Assembly (NCBI GenBank): GCA_964016885.1
Contig: OZ024744.1
Coordinates: 44,888,001 to 44,952,000 of the forward strand
DNA: 64,000 nucleotides
DNA from: Eledone cirrhosa
Lineage: Eukaryota
Direction of reading: 5' to 3'
The notes beneath the pieces are model-generated. The model saw only the letters and a list, made by a program, of their open reading frames with translations. It did no database searches and had not been told where the DNA came from. Both the position numbers and the translations under genes were made by a program. The first letter of the stretch is position 1; every line of letters starts with the position of its first letter. Positions 12,462 through 25,329 of this stretch are shown here, one piece after another.

Positions 12462-12517
<56 letters not shown>
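7546..12517 (+). mobile_element. Tx1-like LINE copy 2 (endonuclease region missing)
   Basis: Open ORF1; ORF2 resumes at ~9575 without the APE domain; RT motifs LDQSKAFDRVDH and AYADD; CPRC...H...C motif; ends AATAAATGAAATC(ATT)n. Confidence 0.92.
7751..9184 (+). CDS. Tx1 ORF1 protein: Asn-rich N-terminus, conserved core, CCHC zinc knuckle, Pro/Lys-rich tail
   Basis: Open frame from AAACATGGCT; knuckle CFVCGEKTHLLAFC; core similar to ORF1 of the other copies. Confidence 0.82.
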   Translation: MAEPRPPAICRLSCDNDVEVERSATAKLTHIDNTNTTTNKENKDTNDTNKNSNFDKIDSNSDNENTDNKKKDNKYNNNINTTNMKTDSDNTNSNNTNCTENNGGNKDNNDNSDSANNNTNKNNVNNTPNENKNTFAAAAAKKRPCFNMDLSTKDEKLAQAWKLIKQEQTWANLTVPVEAIEAVERKTVHYRCISAQTKRAALIPQEDVEVALRCIREDTQYIERGRQYGTISVLFKSEALAMKHSMTPCKTSKVIMYPSHMGKRTARLRIPRIPPGLDMWWLLGCVIVEGTDTVPIQVTRTARKDWSGVDLEILLQIRPENVKTIPDHIRLQNGTAIHIMTEGKRPQCFVCGEKTHLLAFCPQLLKDARGRKAPLLPTPGRGQQPTPAPAKPPTTIPIERPPPTLTTLGGNEESCQIPPLPQNTHTNKTLNIHTDALTDTDPSSTSSENEGNPKSPKIQKRKHKKRKKLNKAQKHPQ

Positions 12518-15500
12518 GGCGACCTACGTAGTAAATCGTATCATCGTGAGCTCCGCAAAGGTTTGTTATTTCCGTTTGTTAAAAATTGTCATTTATGGAA
12601 AATTTTATTGCTAACTGTTTATAAGCGCACATACATTGTTTTCCGAAAAGGACACCCAAAAAGATTGGGGCCTTGTGCCCAAAATTTAAACTTTTATTAT
12701 TATCAAAAAAATGTCTTTGAAAAAAATGGCTAATTCACCTCTGCACGAAGCAGCTGAAAGCCTTCCTCACAAATTAACACCTCACACCGACACCACCATT
12801 GTAAATGTTACTACGTTTGCCAACACAAAAAAAAAATATAAGCACTAGCAATATTTTAAATTTGTCTCAGGCAGACATTCATTTCCCGCCATTACCAATG
12901 ACTGCAGGTGTTAAAGCCTCCACCACTACCACCACCGCGACAACAGAAACAAAAGAAGAAAAAAATAAATTAACTCGTGATGTCGAAATGAAATCAAGCA
13001 AAATGGACTCTTCCCCACCAAAGACGACTGACGTCACCACCACCACAACTGAAACTAAAATTAATATTAACACAAATAACGATAGCAACAACAACAACAA
13101 TGACATTGTAAAAACGCCCCTCAGTTTTGCAATAGTAGCAAAACAGTTCGAAGCATTTACGGTAACTCAGGAGGATTTAGAAAATGCCAAACAAATGGTA
13201 AAGAAAGATGGGTACAGGGTCAGCCTCACCCCCCACCTAATAAAATGGAGCATCGGCGCCTATGCACCGTGTCGTACAGAACAATAAATGTAAAATCGCG
13301 CCGAGTGGAACGGGCATCCGAGTCCCAAATCCAAAAAGCTTTGGGACATGTGTGGGCAAGAAAAACCCACATCAGACGTGGGCAAAAGTATGGAACCGTG
13401 GACGTGTTCTTTGAAACACCAGAGGAGGCTAGAGAACACTCCATGGCCCCATTAAGAAATGACGACTTCACACTCGTCCCAAGCTATTGTGGCCAGAGAC
13501 TCGTAAAGATCAGGGTGACCCACGTTCCACCGGCCATCGAAATTCCCTGGCTAATAGCGGCTGTCCTCGCCGGCATCGAAGCCAACACGAAAATAATAGC
13601 AATAGCAAAAGAAAAGCAGGAGAACTGGTCCGGATCTGGGATGGAGCTCCTGATCCAAGCGGACCAAAAAAGCATTGAGGAGATTCCAGAGGCAGCCACC
13701 TCACGGTAATTGTCGAGGGCAGAAGACCTAGGTGTGTCGTTTGTGGTGAAGGAACCCACCTAAGGGCTTTCTGCTCTCAGGCTAAAAGGTTGAGGCCACC
13801 TCTCCTACCCACCCCAGTGACACAACCATCAACACCACCAGTAGCAGAGATGGCAGCAACAACTGTAGCAGCAACAACAGAAGCAACTATAACAGCAACA
13901 ACCACAGCAACAGTAGCAAAACCAACACCACCACCACCACCAGCAAAACCAACACCACCACCACCCAACGCTTCAGAACTAGCACCAGCGCCTACACCAT
14001 CCACCACGCTACAACCAAAACTAACGGCTGTGGAGGATTTTCCACTCCCCGGTCTATCACAACTGGAGACAGATTGTGACGACGAGGAGTGGGAAACGAT
14101 ATCCGGAAAAAAAAAGAAACCAAAAAAGAAAAAATTCTCTTCCTTCCCCCTCCAAAAACAAAATACAGAGGGAAACAAATAAATTAAGAAACAAAAAAGT
14201 AAGGACAGATATGCCACCATCCACACCAGCATCACCAACCCCATCAACCCAAACACCAACACCATCACCATCATTAACCCCAACACCACCATCACCATCT
14301 TTTCCACTCCTTTTCAACATGACCTCACTCAGAATAGGCAGCATAAATACACGTGGATTGGGGTCGTCATGGAAGCAGGGCCACCTGCTCAACGACCTCA
14401 GGTAACTAAACATAGATGTAGTGGCCATCAGCGACACCAGAATCTCCGAAGCACAGGCTTTCGCACCGATCTTCGGCGGCTACGATGTGTACGCATCTCC
14501 CAGCCGTCCGGGATCGTGGGGAGGAGTTGCTGTGCTTTTTCGGAGAGGTTTGGATCTTGCCATACGGGCCATCTTCCTGGACCCAGAAGGTAAGTTGGTG
14601 GTGCTGGGCGTGACCAGCGGAGATGGCCAAGCTTTCAGGTTAGTGGCCGTCTATGCCCCGACAGGAGCAGGGCGGCCTGATTTCTTCCGGCGTCTGGAGA
14701 CCTTTCTTGGAACGTCCCGCTCTTTAGTGTTAGTGGGCGACTGGAACAGGATCTTAGATGCACGCTGGGATTGTGTGGGATTAGTGGATAGGGAAGGAGG
14801 GTGCAAGAGTCTCACCAACCTGCTCAGACGTTTTGAACTGTCTGACAGGTACCGAATGGATTTCCCGAATGTACCAATGTGGACTTGGACAAATCGCATA
14901 GGGTCATCCAGATCATATCTAGATAGAGTATTTTGTAGGGAAATAGATAGGTCTAGCATAGGCTGTCCACAATTCAAGATAGTCAGCTACACGGACCACA
15001 AATTCGTGATCTGTGTGCTTGACTTAGATAGGCTTCATAGACGAGGACCCGGCTACTGGAAGCTAAACGCGTCCTTACCAGCGCGCAAGGCCTACAGAGA
15101 CCGGATTAGCGAAATAGTTAAGCGGGCGTTGACGGGGGCCATCGTCAACAACAAGTGGTGGTTTGCTCTGAAAAGAGCAATTAGAATAGAGTCCATTAGG
15201 TTTAGTAAGACTTTAGCAATAGAGAAAAATAGAGCAGAGGGAGAATTAGTTAGAAAATTAGATGAGGCGCTTAGCAAAGGCATCGCGACCGACGTACTTG
15301 CGGCGAAATTGGCCCTTGACCAATTCTTCAATTCAAAGCACGAAGGCTGCGTTGTTAGAGCTAGGGTGAGTGCTCTCAGACACGAGGGGACGAAAGCCGT
15401 TCAATGGGCCTGAGTGGCGGAGGCGCGTCGTGGCAACAAAGCCACGATTCGGTCTTTGGTGGACCACGACGGGCGCATGCTACTCGATCCCGAGCAAATG

Positions 15501-17981
15501 TGTGAAGCTTTTCAGCGACACTTCGCTCAACTGTTCGGGGGCAGTGGCGGGCCGGGTCGAGGGATGGACTTTAGTGTCTACCTCGACGGACTGCCGCGGC
15601 TTTCGGCCACTGAGGCGGAGTGTTGCAAAAAACCGATAACAACCGCTGAAGTACGGGATGCAATGACTAGTTGCACAAGGGGTAAATCGCCTGGTTTAGA
15701 TGGTCTGCCCTATTAACTTTACGTACAAATGCCAAACTTGTTCGGCGGCCTCTTGGCGGACGTCTACTGCAACTGGCAACAGAACGGGAGAATTCCCAGC
15801 TCTGTGAGCCGAGGAGCGGTGGCGCTGCTGAGAAAGGATCCGAACAAGGGGGATAACATAGATAATTTTAGGCCCATAACTCTGCTAAACACAGAGTTCA
15901 AGATTTTGGCCAAGGTGCTAGCAAAGAGGTTGGCGCTTGTCGTTGGTGGTCTGGTGGGAGAGGCACAGACATGCGCCATTCCCGACAGATCCATTCACGA
16001 CAACCTCCACCTCATGCGATACATCGTAGAGAGGGTAGCTAGGGAACCTGGCACGGCTGGGTCTTTGATCAATTTAGATCACTCGAAAGCCTTCGATAGG
16101 GTCGACCATCGTTACCTAACGGCAGTCCTGAGGGCGGCTGGCTTTGGGCCCGTCTTCAGAGGCTGGATCGCTGCCATGCACAGCGACATCTGCTCTGTAG
16201 TGAGAGTGAACGGTCACCTTTCGGAACCGTTCAACATCATGCGCTCGGTCCTCCAAGGATGTCCCCTCTCGTCCCTATTGTACGTATTGACTCTCGAGCC
16301 ATTACTGCACAAACTGGAGACGTTGAGGGGGGTCCCGCGCGAACCAAGGATGCGGAAGATCCGTGTCAGCATATGCCGACGATGTCATCGTAGTGGTGTC
16401 GAACGCCAAACACATCCAGGCGATCGGCACTATACTAAGAGAATACGAAGCGGTGACAGGAGCAATGATCAACCAGGAAAAGTCAGTGGGCCTGCAGCTC
16501 GTCACCTGGAGAGGCAGGTCCATGCCGTCCAACAGCGTCGTCGGGCGCTGGACGGACGGACCGGTTAAATTGCTAGGGGTCTGGTTCGGTCCAGACCTCC
16601 AGACGGACAAAAACTGGGACGAGGTGACGAGCAGGGTGGCTTCTCTCACCCAGAAATGGGCCGAGGGGAAGCTATCCCTGAAAGGTCAAGCGGAGGTGGC
16701 TAACGCGTACATCGCGTCCGTCATCTACTACCGCCTGACCGTCGTACCTTGTCCTAAGCCCCGCCTGACTGCGCTGGAGCGTTTGCTCTTTCGCTTCTTG
16801 TGGAAGGGACGCGCTCCGATGGTCAGGCGGTCCATCTGCTGTCAACATCCGCTACGTGGAGGGCTGGGAATGCCGTGGCTGATGATGCGCAGACACGCGC
16901 TCAGGCTACGACATCTCCACCTCTTCCTCGACGGTGATCAGGTGTGGTCGCCGTTTGCTAGACACGTTTTTCCCCAGCTCGTCTCCTTGACGGAGCTGCA
17001 GTCCTGGGTCAAGCGAAGACCGAGAGGGAGCGCTTGGAGAATGGAATGTCTTCAGGCGCTCACAGCCCTCGACCAATCGGGCAATGTGATCGGTGGAAAC
17101 TCCACCTTGGCGTTCTATAGGGATTAGTGGAGGGGAAGAGCGACGACGTGCTTGGAGAAACTCTAGGCGTCGACGAAAATCAACTAGCCAATCTCTTCGG
17201 AAGGACTTTCGGGCCGGGGCCTATGGACAACTTCCAGAAATCCCTGGCCTGGCAGTGCTACCGGGGTGCTTTGCCAGTTCGGGATAAACTTTACAGGCAT
17301 GGAGGTGCCGTCAGCCGGGCATGTCCGAGATGCGCGCAGGGCGACGAAACCGTCCTGCACGCACTCGTCCAGTGTCCGAGCATTGCTGACTTGTGGGTTT
17401 ATGTCGAACACCTGCTGTCACGTGTAGGACGGATCCAGCTATCAGCTGAGTCCATCGTGAGGATTGCCCCGCCCTCTTCCTTTAGCCGGGAAGGGCAGGC
17501 AGTTTTTATCTGTCTGGTGGCCATGGCGAAAGAGATAGTATGGTGGACACGTTTGAATGTGCTGAAGACGAGCACTTACCTCTTCCGTGATACCCCGATT
17601 AACTTTTTCAAATTTCATTTGAAAAGGAAAATCAGGGTAGAGAGGGAAGTGCTCTCTTCCCAGCATTTTGTTGAAAGATGGGTGAGAGAGGCAAGTATGG
17701 CCCGAGTGAATGGGCCTACTCTGAGTATGTGTCTGTAAATTAAAGGTGGAAAACTGGGAGAGGGCACTTGCCCTGGTGGTCAGGGTCACTGTGGTCTTTT
17801 AATGGGCTTTCTCCACAAATGTCCCTCGGATGTTTCCCTCCTATTGGGGAATCTTTCTTTGTTATTTTATTACATCCTCTGTTTTTTTTACATGCAGAAA
17901 TGCCCATTTGTACCGTCCTGTATTGTCCTGTACTGTCCTTAATGTCTACTTTATGTAAACCCTTGTGGTTAATAAAGACAA

Positions 17982-18045
<64 letters not shown>
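12518..18045 (+). mobile_element. Tx1-like LINE copy 3, full length with stops and frameshifts
   Basis: ORF1 remnants from 12726 (CVVCGEGTHLRAFC); complete ORF2 path 14318-17738 (EN, RT with AYADD, CPRC..ETVLHALVQC); (TTA)n tail 17983-18045. Confidence 0.94.
14318..17738 (+). pseudogene. Tx1 copy 3 ORF2 (EN-RT-Cys domain), few lesions
   Basis: Fragments 14421-15413, 15414-15716, 15729-16568, 16363-17127 and 17127-17738 are separated by single stops or frameshifts. Confidence 0.9.
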
Positions 18046-18046
<1 letters not shown>

Positions 18047-21000
18047 CTTGAATCTCAGTCATTGATGTTAGTTAACTGGAAAGTCCGTTGGAATGAATAT
18101 CAAGCCACTATCTGCAGCCTCAGATATTCAGGACGTATCGGAGGGTTCTTGCTGTTCCCAGCATGCATACCTTTTGAAGCGTTCCGAAAAGCGTGAAGGG
18201 GCCGATTTTCTTTAACCATCCCTGGAAACATTTGGAGATAGTCCCCAGTGCGCCTATCACAATCGGGACCACTTTGACTTCATGGCAGTTCCAAATCCTT
18301 TTTACCTCCCACTTTAAGTCCTGGTATCGGTTAATTTTCTCCCTCTCCTTCTCTTGCACTCTCGTGTCGAATGGGCAGGCCACATCCACAATCAGACACG
18401 ATCTTTTTTCTTTGTCCACAACCACCAGGTCAGGTCTATTGTGTTCCAGTTTCTTGTCCGTCTGTATCCTAAAATCCTACAGCACCTTCACCTGGTCGTT
18501 CTCCATCACCGCCTCTGGCCTATGCTCATACCATTTCTCAGAATGTGGTAAATTGTTTACTTTGCACAGGTGCCAGTGGATCACCCTGCCCATCACATCA
18601 TGTCTCCCGCCCTTATAGTGGGTCTGGGCTAGGTGTTTACACTCGGATACAATGTGAGCCACAGTCTCTTCTCTCTCTCCACAGATCCTGCACAGTGGGC
18701 TAGCCTCCTCCTTGTAAATATGGTGTTTCAACCACTTCGTTTTGAGGGCCTGCTCCTGCGCAGCCATTAACATTCCTTCTGTAGCCTTTTTGAGGTCTCC
18801 TCTTCTCAACCAGTTCCATGTCTGTGGATCTCTAAATTCAGTTTTCTCAAAGAAGGTACTATGAAGGGATTTTCCCTGAAGGCTGCTCTTTCTCCTTGAT
18901 GTTATTTCCTCCTTGGACATCCCCTGGCCTATTGTCCCCTCCTTCAGTACAGTTCTGAGCATTGGCTCCTTACTATCAGTCACGTATTTGTGTAGGTTGT
19001 TTTTCTCCATCTGAACACAGTCCTCTATGCTGATAAGACCTCTTCCACCCTCAGATCTCCTTAGGTAGAGTCTATCGACATCACTCCTCTTGTGGAACAT
19101 GTTGTAGATAGTCAATAGCTTCCTAGTCTTCCTATCCATTTCTTTTTGTTCAGCAACATTCCATCTCAGAATTCCCGCACTGTACCTAATAATAGACACA
19201 GCTCGGGAATTTACTGCGCTAACGGCATTTCTGCTGTTCAGATGTGACTTCAATACGCTCCTTACTCTCCGAATGTATTCAGTTCTTAACAATTCCTTCA
19301 TTTTTTTGTTCTTTATGCCATCAGCCTCCAGACCGCCCAAATACTTGTATCCTTCCTCAGAGTCAATTTCCTTTATCATCTCACCTGTTGGTATCAGGAT
19401 TCCGTTACTTCTGCTCAACCTACCCCTCCTCATCACAATGACTCCACACTTACTAATACCAAACTGCATACATATATCACTGCTGAAAATACGGACAGTG
19501 TCAACAAGCACATCCAACTCCTTCTCACTCTTCCCGAAGAGCTTAAGATCTTCCATGAAGAGGAGGTGATTGATGGTAAGCTCTCCCTTTCCCAACTTGT
19601 ATCCTGCTCTCACTTTTCGCAGCATAATGGTCAGGGGCATCAGGGCAAGGACAAACAACAGAGGGGACAGGCTATCTCCCTGGAAGATACCTCTCTTGAT
19701 CTTCACGCTTCCCAAGGATTCTCCAGTTGATGTCAACTCTGTTTCCCAGGACCTCATACTCCTGCCCAGCAACTGTCTGATGTTATCTGCCACCTTGAAG
19801 ATCTCCAGGCTTTTGGTGATCCAAGAATGAGGCACCATGTCAAATGCTTTTCTGTAGTCTATCCATCCCATGACAAGATCAGTGTGTCTCCTCCTGCAAT
19901 TCCCCATTACCATCTTATCAATAAGTAACTGGTCCTTTGTACCACGTGACTTCTTTCGGCATCCTTCCTGTTCGTCCGGTAACAAGTTGTTTGTGTGGAG
20001 GTGATGGTAGATTTCCTCAGACACAATGCTCGTCAGCAGTTTCCACATTACGGACAGACATGTGATAGGTCTATAGTTGGTAACATCATTACCCTTGATT
20101 CGGTCTTTCATTATCAGAACTGTGGTACCTTTTGTCAACCACTCTGGTACCTCACCTGACATCAAGCAGTCATTGAACATGGTTGTCAGTTTCGGGTGGA
20201 GGGATGTTATATTTTTAATCCAATACCCCTGCACACCATCTGGACCTGGTGATTTCCAGTTGGTTAGTTTTTTGGTCTGCACCTTAAGAGTTTCAACTTT
20301 GATACTCAAATCAGTTTGTTGGTGTGCCTGCTCACCGATCTCCCTCTGTACTGTCTCAATCCACCCTGCCTGGTCATTATGTCTAACATCCTGCTCCCAT
20401 ATTCCTCTCCAGAATGTTTTAGTTTGTTCCGCCTCAGGGATCAAGTCGTTGCCTCTTTCTTTCCCCTCAAGCTGTCCAAACAGCATCTTCTGGTTGTTGT
20501 CGAACATGCGGTTCTGTTTATACTGACTGACTCTGTTCTCGTATCGCCTGATTTTTGCACTCTTTGCTACAATGCGTTGCTTCAGTTCCTCTATGATCAT
20601 ATTTAGCTCTTTCCTCCTAGTTTTGTACTTTATTTCCAGTCTATTTTTAGTGTCTATGTTTTGAAGTGTCCCATTCAGTAGGGACTCAAGCTTTCCAATG
20701 TCATTTCTCATTTCCCTGATTTGACCATTCAGTCGTTTCTTCCACCAAGGTTCTGATATTTATTGTTTGTAGTTTCCTCTCGCTTTTATGCCAACTATTT
20801 TCCTCACCGCATTTGCTGTTGCTTTGAGGATATCAACCAAATCTTGTGCTAGCCCGTCAGCATTCATTTCCTCAATGGCCGTATCTTTGTTCCAGGTATT
20901 ATTTATTTCAGCATTCAGATTATTGTCTGCTTCGGATGGTTCCTCCGTTCTCTCAACCTCTTCACCTTCATTATCCTATGATAATATTTAGCCTTTTCCT

Positions 21001-21993
21001 CCTAGTTTTGTACTTTATTTCCAGTCTATTTTTAGTGCCTATGTTTTTTATTGTCCCATTCAGTAGTGACTCAAGCTTTCCAATGTCATTTCTCATTTCC
21101 CTGATTTGACCACTCAGTCGTTTCTTCCACCAAGGCTCTGCTCTTTCTTGTCTGTTGTTTCCTCTCGCTTTTATACCAAGTAGTTTCCTCACCGTATTTG
21201 CTGTTGCTTTGAGGATATTGTTGCACTGGTGAAGGCTCCTCGCCTCAAGGTATGGGATGACTTTGTTTACCTTAGCTATTGTTTCTTTTAACTTGTTCCT
21301 GTCTAAAAATCTTAGGTTCATAAGTCTCCCACTATCATTGTTCAATTCATCTACCACTAAATTTAGGATGTCAACCGAATCTTGTCCTAGCCCGTCAGCA
21401 TTCATCTCCTCAGTGGCCGTATCTCTGTTCCAGGTATTATTTATCTCAGTATTCAGATCATTGTCTGCTTCGGGTGGTTCCTCCGTTCTCTCGACCTCTT
21501 CACCTTCATTTCCCACTGGCTCGTTTGCCTGGCATACTCCACCCTCCATCTCCAAGCGAATCTCTCTGCTCAGTTCCTACAGTTCCAGCTCGCTTATCCA
21601 CTCATTAGTTCTTATTACCCGAGCCTGCCCGGCCACTTTTTGTTCATCTAATTTAAATAGACCAATCTCGTTCCAGATGTTATGCATCCGTCTCCTATAG
21701 CCCCTATCCTTGGGGTTACTTTTCAGGTAACATTGAATAACAGTTCTATTCAATTCTTTCGTCTAGTTGGTTCTGGTCCCTTTCCTTCTTCTTCTTCCTC
21801 CGACACCAGCAGTATTTAGTTGACAGCCATGTTCCTGCTGCTGAGCCAGGGAGCACCTGTTCGGTGAGAGTCTGTCACATGACGTTCTAGTCTCCATTTC
21901 ACCGTTATTCGAACTGTTTAGGTTCCATATTTAAACACTCTTATCGAGGATTGGCGAATGTATGGTTACATAACCATCTGTGGATTCACCATC
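18046..21993 (-). mobile_element. R4/Dong-type RLE non-LTR retrotransposon copy 1
   Basis: Single ORF with RT (IDYRKAFD, GIFQGDSLSP, HLLFMEDLKL), CRIC..ETVAHIVSEC, RHD, RPD..IVDV..EKINRY restriction-like endonuclease; (TAA)n on both sides on its own strand. Confidence 0.9.
18120..20711 (-). pseudogene. R4/Dong RT-RLE polyprotein, interrupted by one in-frame stop (KVL*DF)
   Basis: The 744-aa and 101-aa ORFs are in the same frame; the catalytic motif reads FMED rather than FMDD. Confidence 0.88.
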
Positions 21994-22049
21994 TTATTAT
22001 TATTATTATTATTGAATGCTCTGGTTGACGGAGGCCCGGCTCTGTAAGG

Positions 22050-25000
22050 CAGTGGTCGCCAACATGGGTTCCGGGGAACCTTGGGGTTCCGTAAAACAAA
22101 CTCCGGGTTCCTTAAAAAAATAAATATTTACATTACCATTAATAATTTGGATTTTCTGAAAAAGGTGCAAAGAAAATGCCAAAGGTGCAATGTATAAATG
22201 AACAAGTACTATTGTAGTGTACACAGGTTCTCCACTCCAATTCGTGGAAAACACTACTTTCAGTTTCTCACTTGAATTAGCAGAAAAACACTGTTCTGAG
22301 ATTCGTGGAAATTGAATACTTTCAATTTCACATCAATTCTTGGAAAGACATAGTTTTCTGAATTCCGAGAATTTGACTACTACTCATAATACACTAATTG
22401 AACTTAGAAATTGACCAATCACGAACAAGTAAACGTTGGTCGATGACAGCAATCTTTAAACTGAAAACTTCAGTTCAGCGAGGTCTCTCAGCCAAAAAGC
22501 AGGGTCAGTTCGCTGTTCTCACAACGTAAGTTCAGTAGAATGTTTTCAATAGAGAACGCGTTTTAATCTGCTGCCCTCACAAAAGCTTTAAAGTCGTCTA
22601 AAGTTTCCTCACTGAGTGAACTCGCTTACTAGTCGTTTTCAACATGCATCCAGTTCCACAAACAATTCTAAATAAGAACATGTTACATTCTGTTGTACTT
22701 TGCACAGAAAATATAACGCCTGTAAAGTTTTGATTACTAACAAAGGTAATTTTGTATTCCATGCATACACTATAAACTTTGCCACACAATTATGTATTCA
22801 TTTGATGAAATATATTTACATTACCAATAATATTTAATACGACCCTAAAGTAGTATATGCAGGAAGTGCTGGACTCTGAAAAAATTTCTTCTAGTTGTTC
22901 ATAAATTTGCACCTTTTTCAGTAACCCCTAATATTTTAATATTATTATAAGACTTTAAATAATGTTTGCCATCCTAAAATGGAGAAATTTCAATTTTTAA
23001 AAATTAAAATTTTTTTTTAACTAGTTAAGTTTTTCCAAATATCTAAAATTAAAGTTAATTTAAGAACTTTTTGTAATTAAAAAAAACTGTTAATTTCTCT
23101 TGTTTATTAATGTCATATTAAAAATGTTAACTGTAGATAAATAACCTTGATATTATGTCTACTGCAAAGAAGCTGAAGTTAGATACCAGCAGTAAGGTTA
23201 AACAGTGGTGTGATGATTATGTTAGATATGGATTTCAAAAAGCTGACACTAAAAAAGATACACCAGATCAGCCCATGTGTTTGCTATATTCAAAAGTTCT
23301 ATCAAATAGCTGTTTAAATCCTGCAAAACTTAAAAGACACATTGATACTAATCACACCAATGATAAAAACAAGTCACTGGAATCACAAGCTAATATGTAT
23401 GACTTGTTTTGTAAAAAGTCAGATAGAAATAAAGCTTTAACAAGAACATCTTTTGAGATTTCACATTGGTAAAAACCAGAAAACATTTACATTAGGAGAA
23501 CAGTTAATTCTACCAAGTATAAAAATTGCTACAGAGAATCTTTTTGAAAGCTGCAGTATTAAGGACAAAGAAAATTAAGCCAGTTACCATTGTCAGCAAA
23601 TACCGTAAAAAGAGGATAATTGATATTTCTTCTGATATAGAAAATCAGATACTAACTGCACTAAAGAAAAGCCCATGTTTTGGACTGCAAGTGGACGAAA
23701 CTACGGATATTAATAACAAGGCTCAATTAATTTGCTATGTACGGTTTGTAGACCTTGATAAAAAAGAATTAGTAGAAGAGTATTTGTTTTGTCTGGCATT
23801 AGACATCACAACTAAAGGTCAAGATATATTCAATAAAATTGAAGAGTATTTTTTTAAAAAATGGTGTATCTTGGAGCAAGTTGACTTCAATAACAACAGA
23901 TGGAGCAGCTGCAATGACTGGTTAAAATTCTGGTTTGATTGCAAAAATTAAAGAACAGACCCCAAATTGTATTTCAAATCATTGTATGATTCATCGAGAG
24001 GTTTTGTGTTAAAAAAAATTCATAGACAGAGATGCTCAAATATTAAATGACCAGCTGAAAGACATTGTCAAAATTTCAATTTGATCCATGCAAGAGCAAA
24101 AAATTCTAGAATGTTTGAATCTATTTGTGAATCTTCTGGAAGTAATTATAATAGATTGTTATTGAACAATGATGTGCGTTGGCTGTCTTTTGGGGATGCT
24201 ATGAAGAGAGTTTTTGAACTGAGAGAAGAAATAATAGTTTTTCTAAAAAAACAGAATGATGAAAGAGCAAGTGTATTAGAAACCAATGAATGGAATGTGC
24301 AACTCGCTTATTTAGTAGACATTTTTGGTGAACTGAACAAACTAAATAAGTGTCTTCAGGGTAACAATGCAGATATTTTTACTTCAATCAATTTTATTAC
24401 ATATTTTCAATCAAAATTAAACATCTTTATAAAAAGAATTGAATCGGACAATTACTTTCAAACCTTGAAATAGAGCTTAAAAAGAGAGAAAATTTTGACT
24501 CCAGCAATCTAAAGAAGATTATTCTTTCTCATTTAAATGTGCTTTCCACAGATTTTTCAGATTATTTTGATGGAAAAAGATATTGTTAGCGGAAATTTAC
24601 GGATAAAATACCCGTTCACCGAGATCGAGCAGTTAGTGTCAGAAAATGACGCTGGAAATTGTAAAAATTTACTACCTACCCAATGCTTACATCAGTTGAT
24701 GGATTTGAATTCAAACGAAGACCTGAAAGTGATATTCGAAAGCAGAAAGAAAGAACTATGGATCGACTTATTCTTGATTGGGGAGTTTAATGAAATCAGC
24801 CAACTTACATTGAAATATTTGACTTTATTCCCATCTAGCTATTTGTGCGAAAAAGGGTTTTCGCAGTTGGTGGAAATCTGCACAAAGAAGAGGAATAAAC
24901 TGTCAGCAATTGACGAGTGTATGAGACTGGCATTAACTAGTGTTGAACCTCGATTTTCTAAACTCACTGATGAGGCGCAGCAGCAGAAAAGCCATTGTGT

Positions 25001-25142
25001 TCGATTACATACACACGCATGAAACACTAAAATAAATAAATACTTTATTATTTTTTTTGAAAAGTTTTGTATTGTATAGGTTCCGTGAAGAATTCAAAAT
25101 ATTTAGAGGGTTCCTCGGTTTTAGAAAGGTTGGCGACCACTG
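22050..25142 (+). mobile_element. hAT DNA transposon, Buster/Charlie type
   Basis: 14-bp TIR CAGTGGTCGCCAAC / GTTGGCGACCACTG; 8-bp TSD CTGTAAGG at 22042-22049 and 25143-25150 with central TA. Confidence 0.96.
23155..25022 (+). pseudogene. hAT transposase, frameshifted
   Basis: BED-like KLKRH..TNH, FGLQVDETTD, CMIHRE, RWLS, and C-terminal dimerisation motif FPSSYLCEKGFS. Confidence 0.9.
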
Positions 25143-25329
25143 CTGTAAGGTATTGTAAATTTTGACCGCTATAACAATTGTAAATTGTTTAAAACTTTAA
25201 CCAAATTGTAGACAAACACACCCTCCTCCTCGTGAAAGGGGTCTTTTTGCCCGTTATTTGGCCCTTCGGGGTTAAATAACCGCTTATTGGGGTTTTGTGC
25301 CCAATATTTATTTTAAACAAAAAAAAAAC

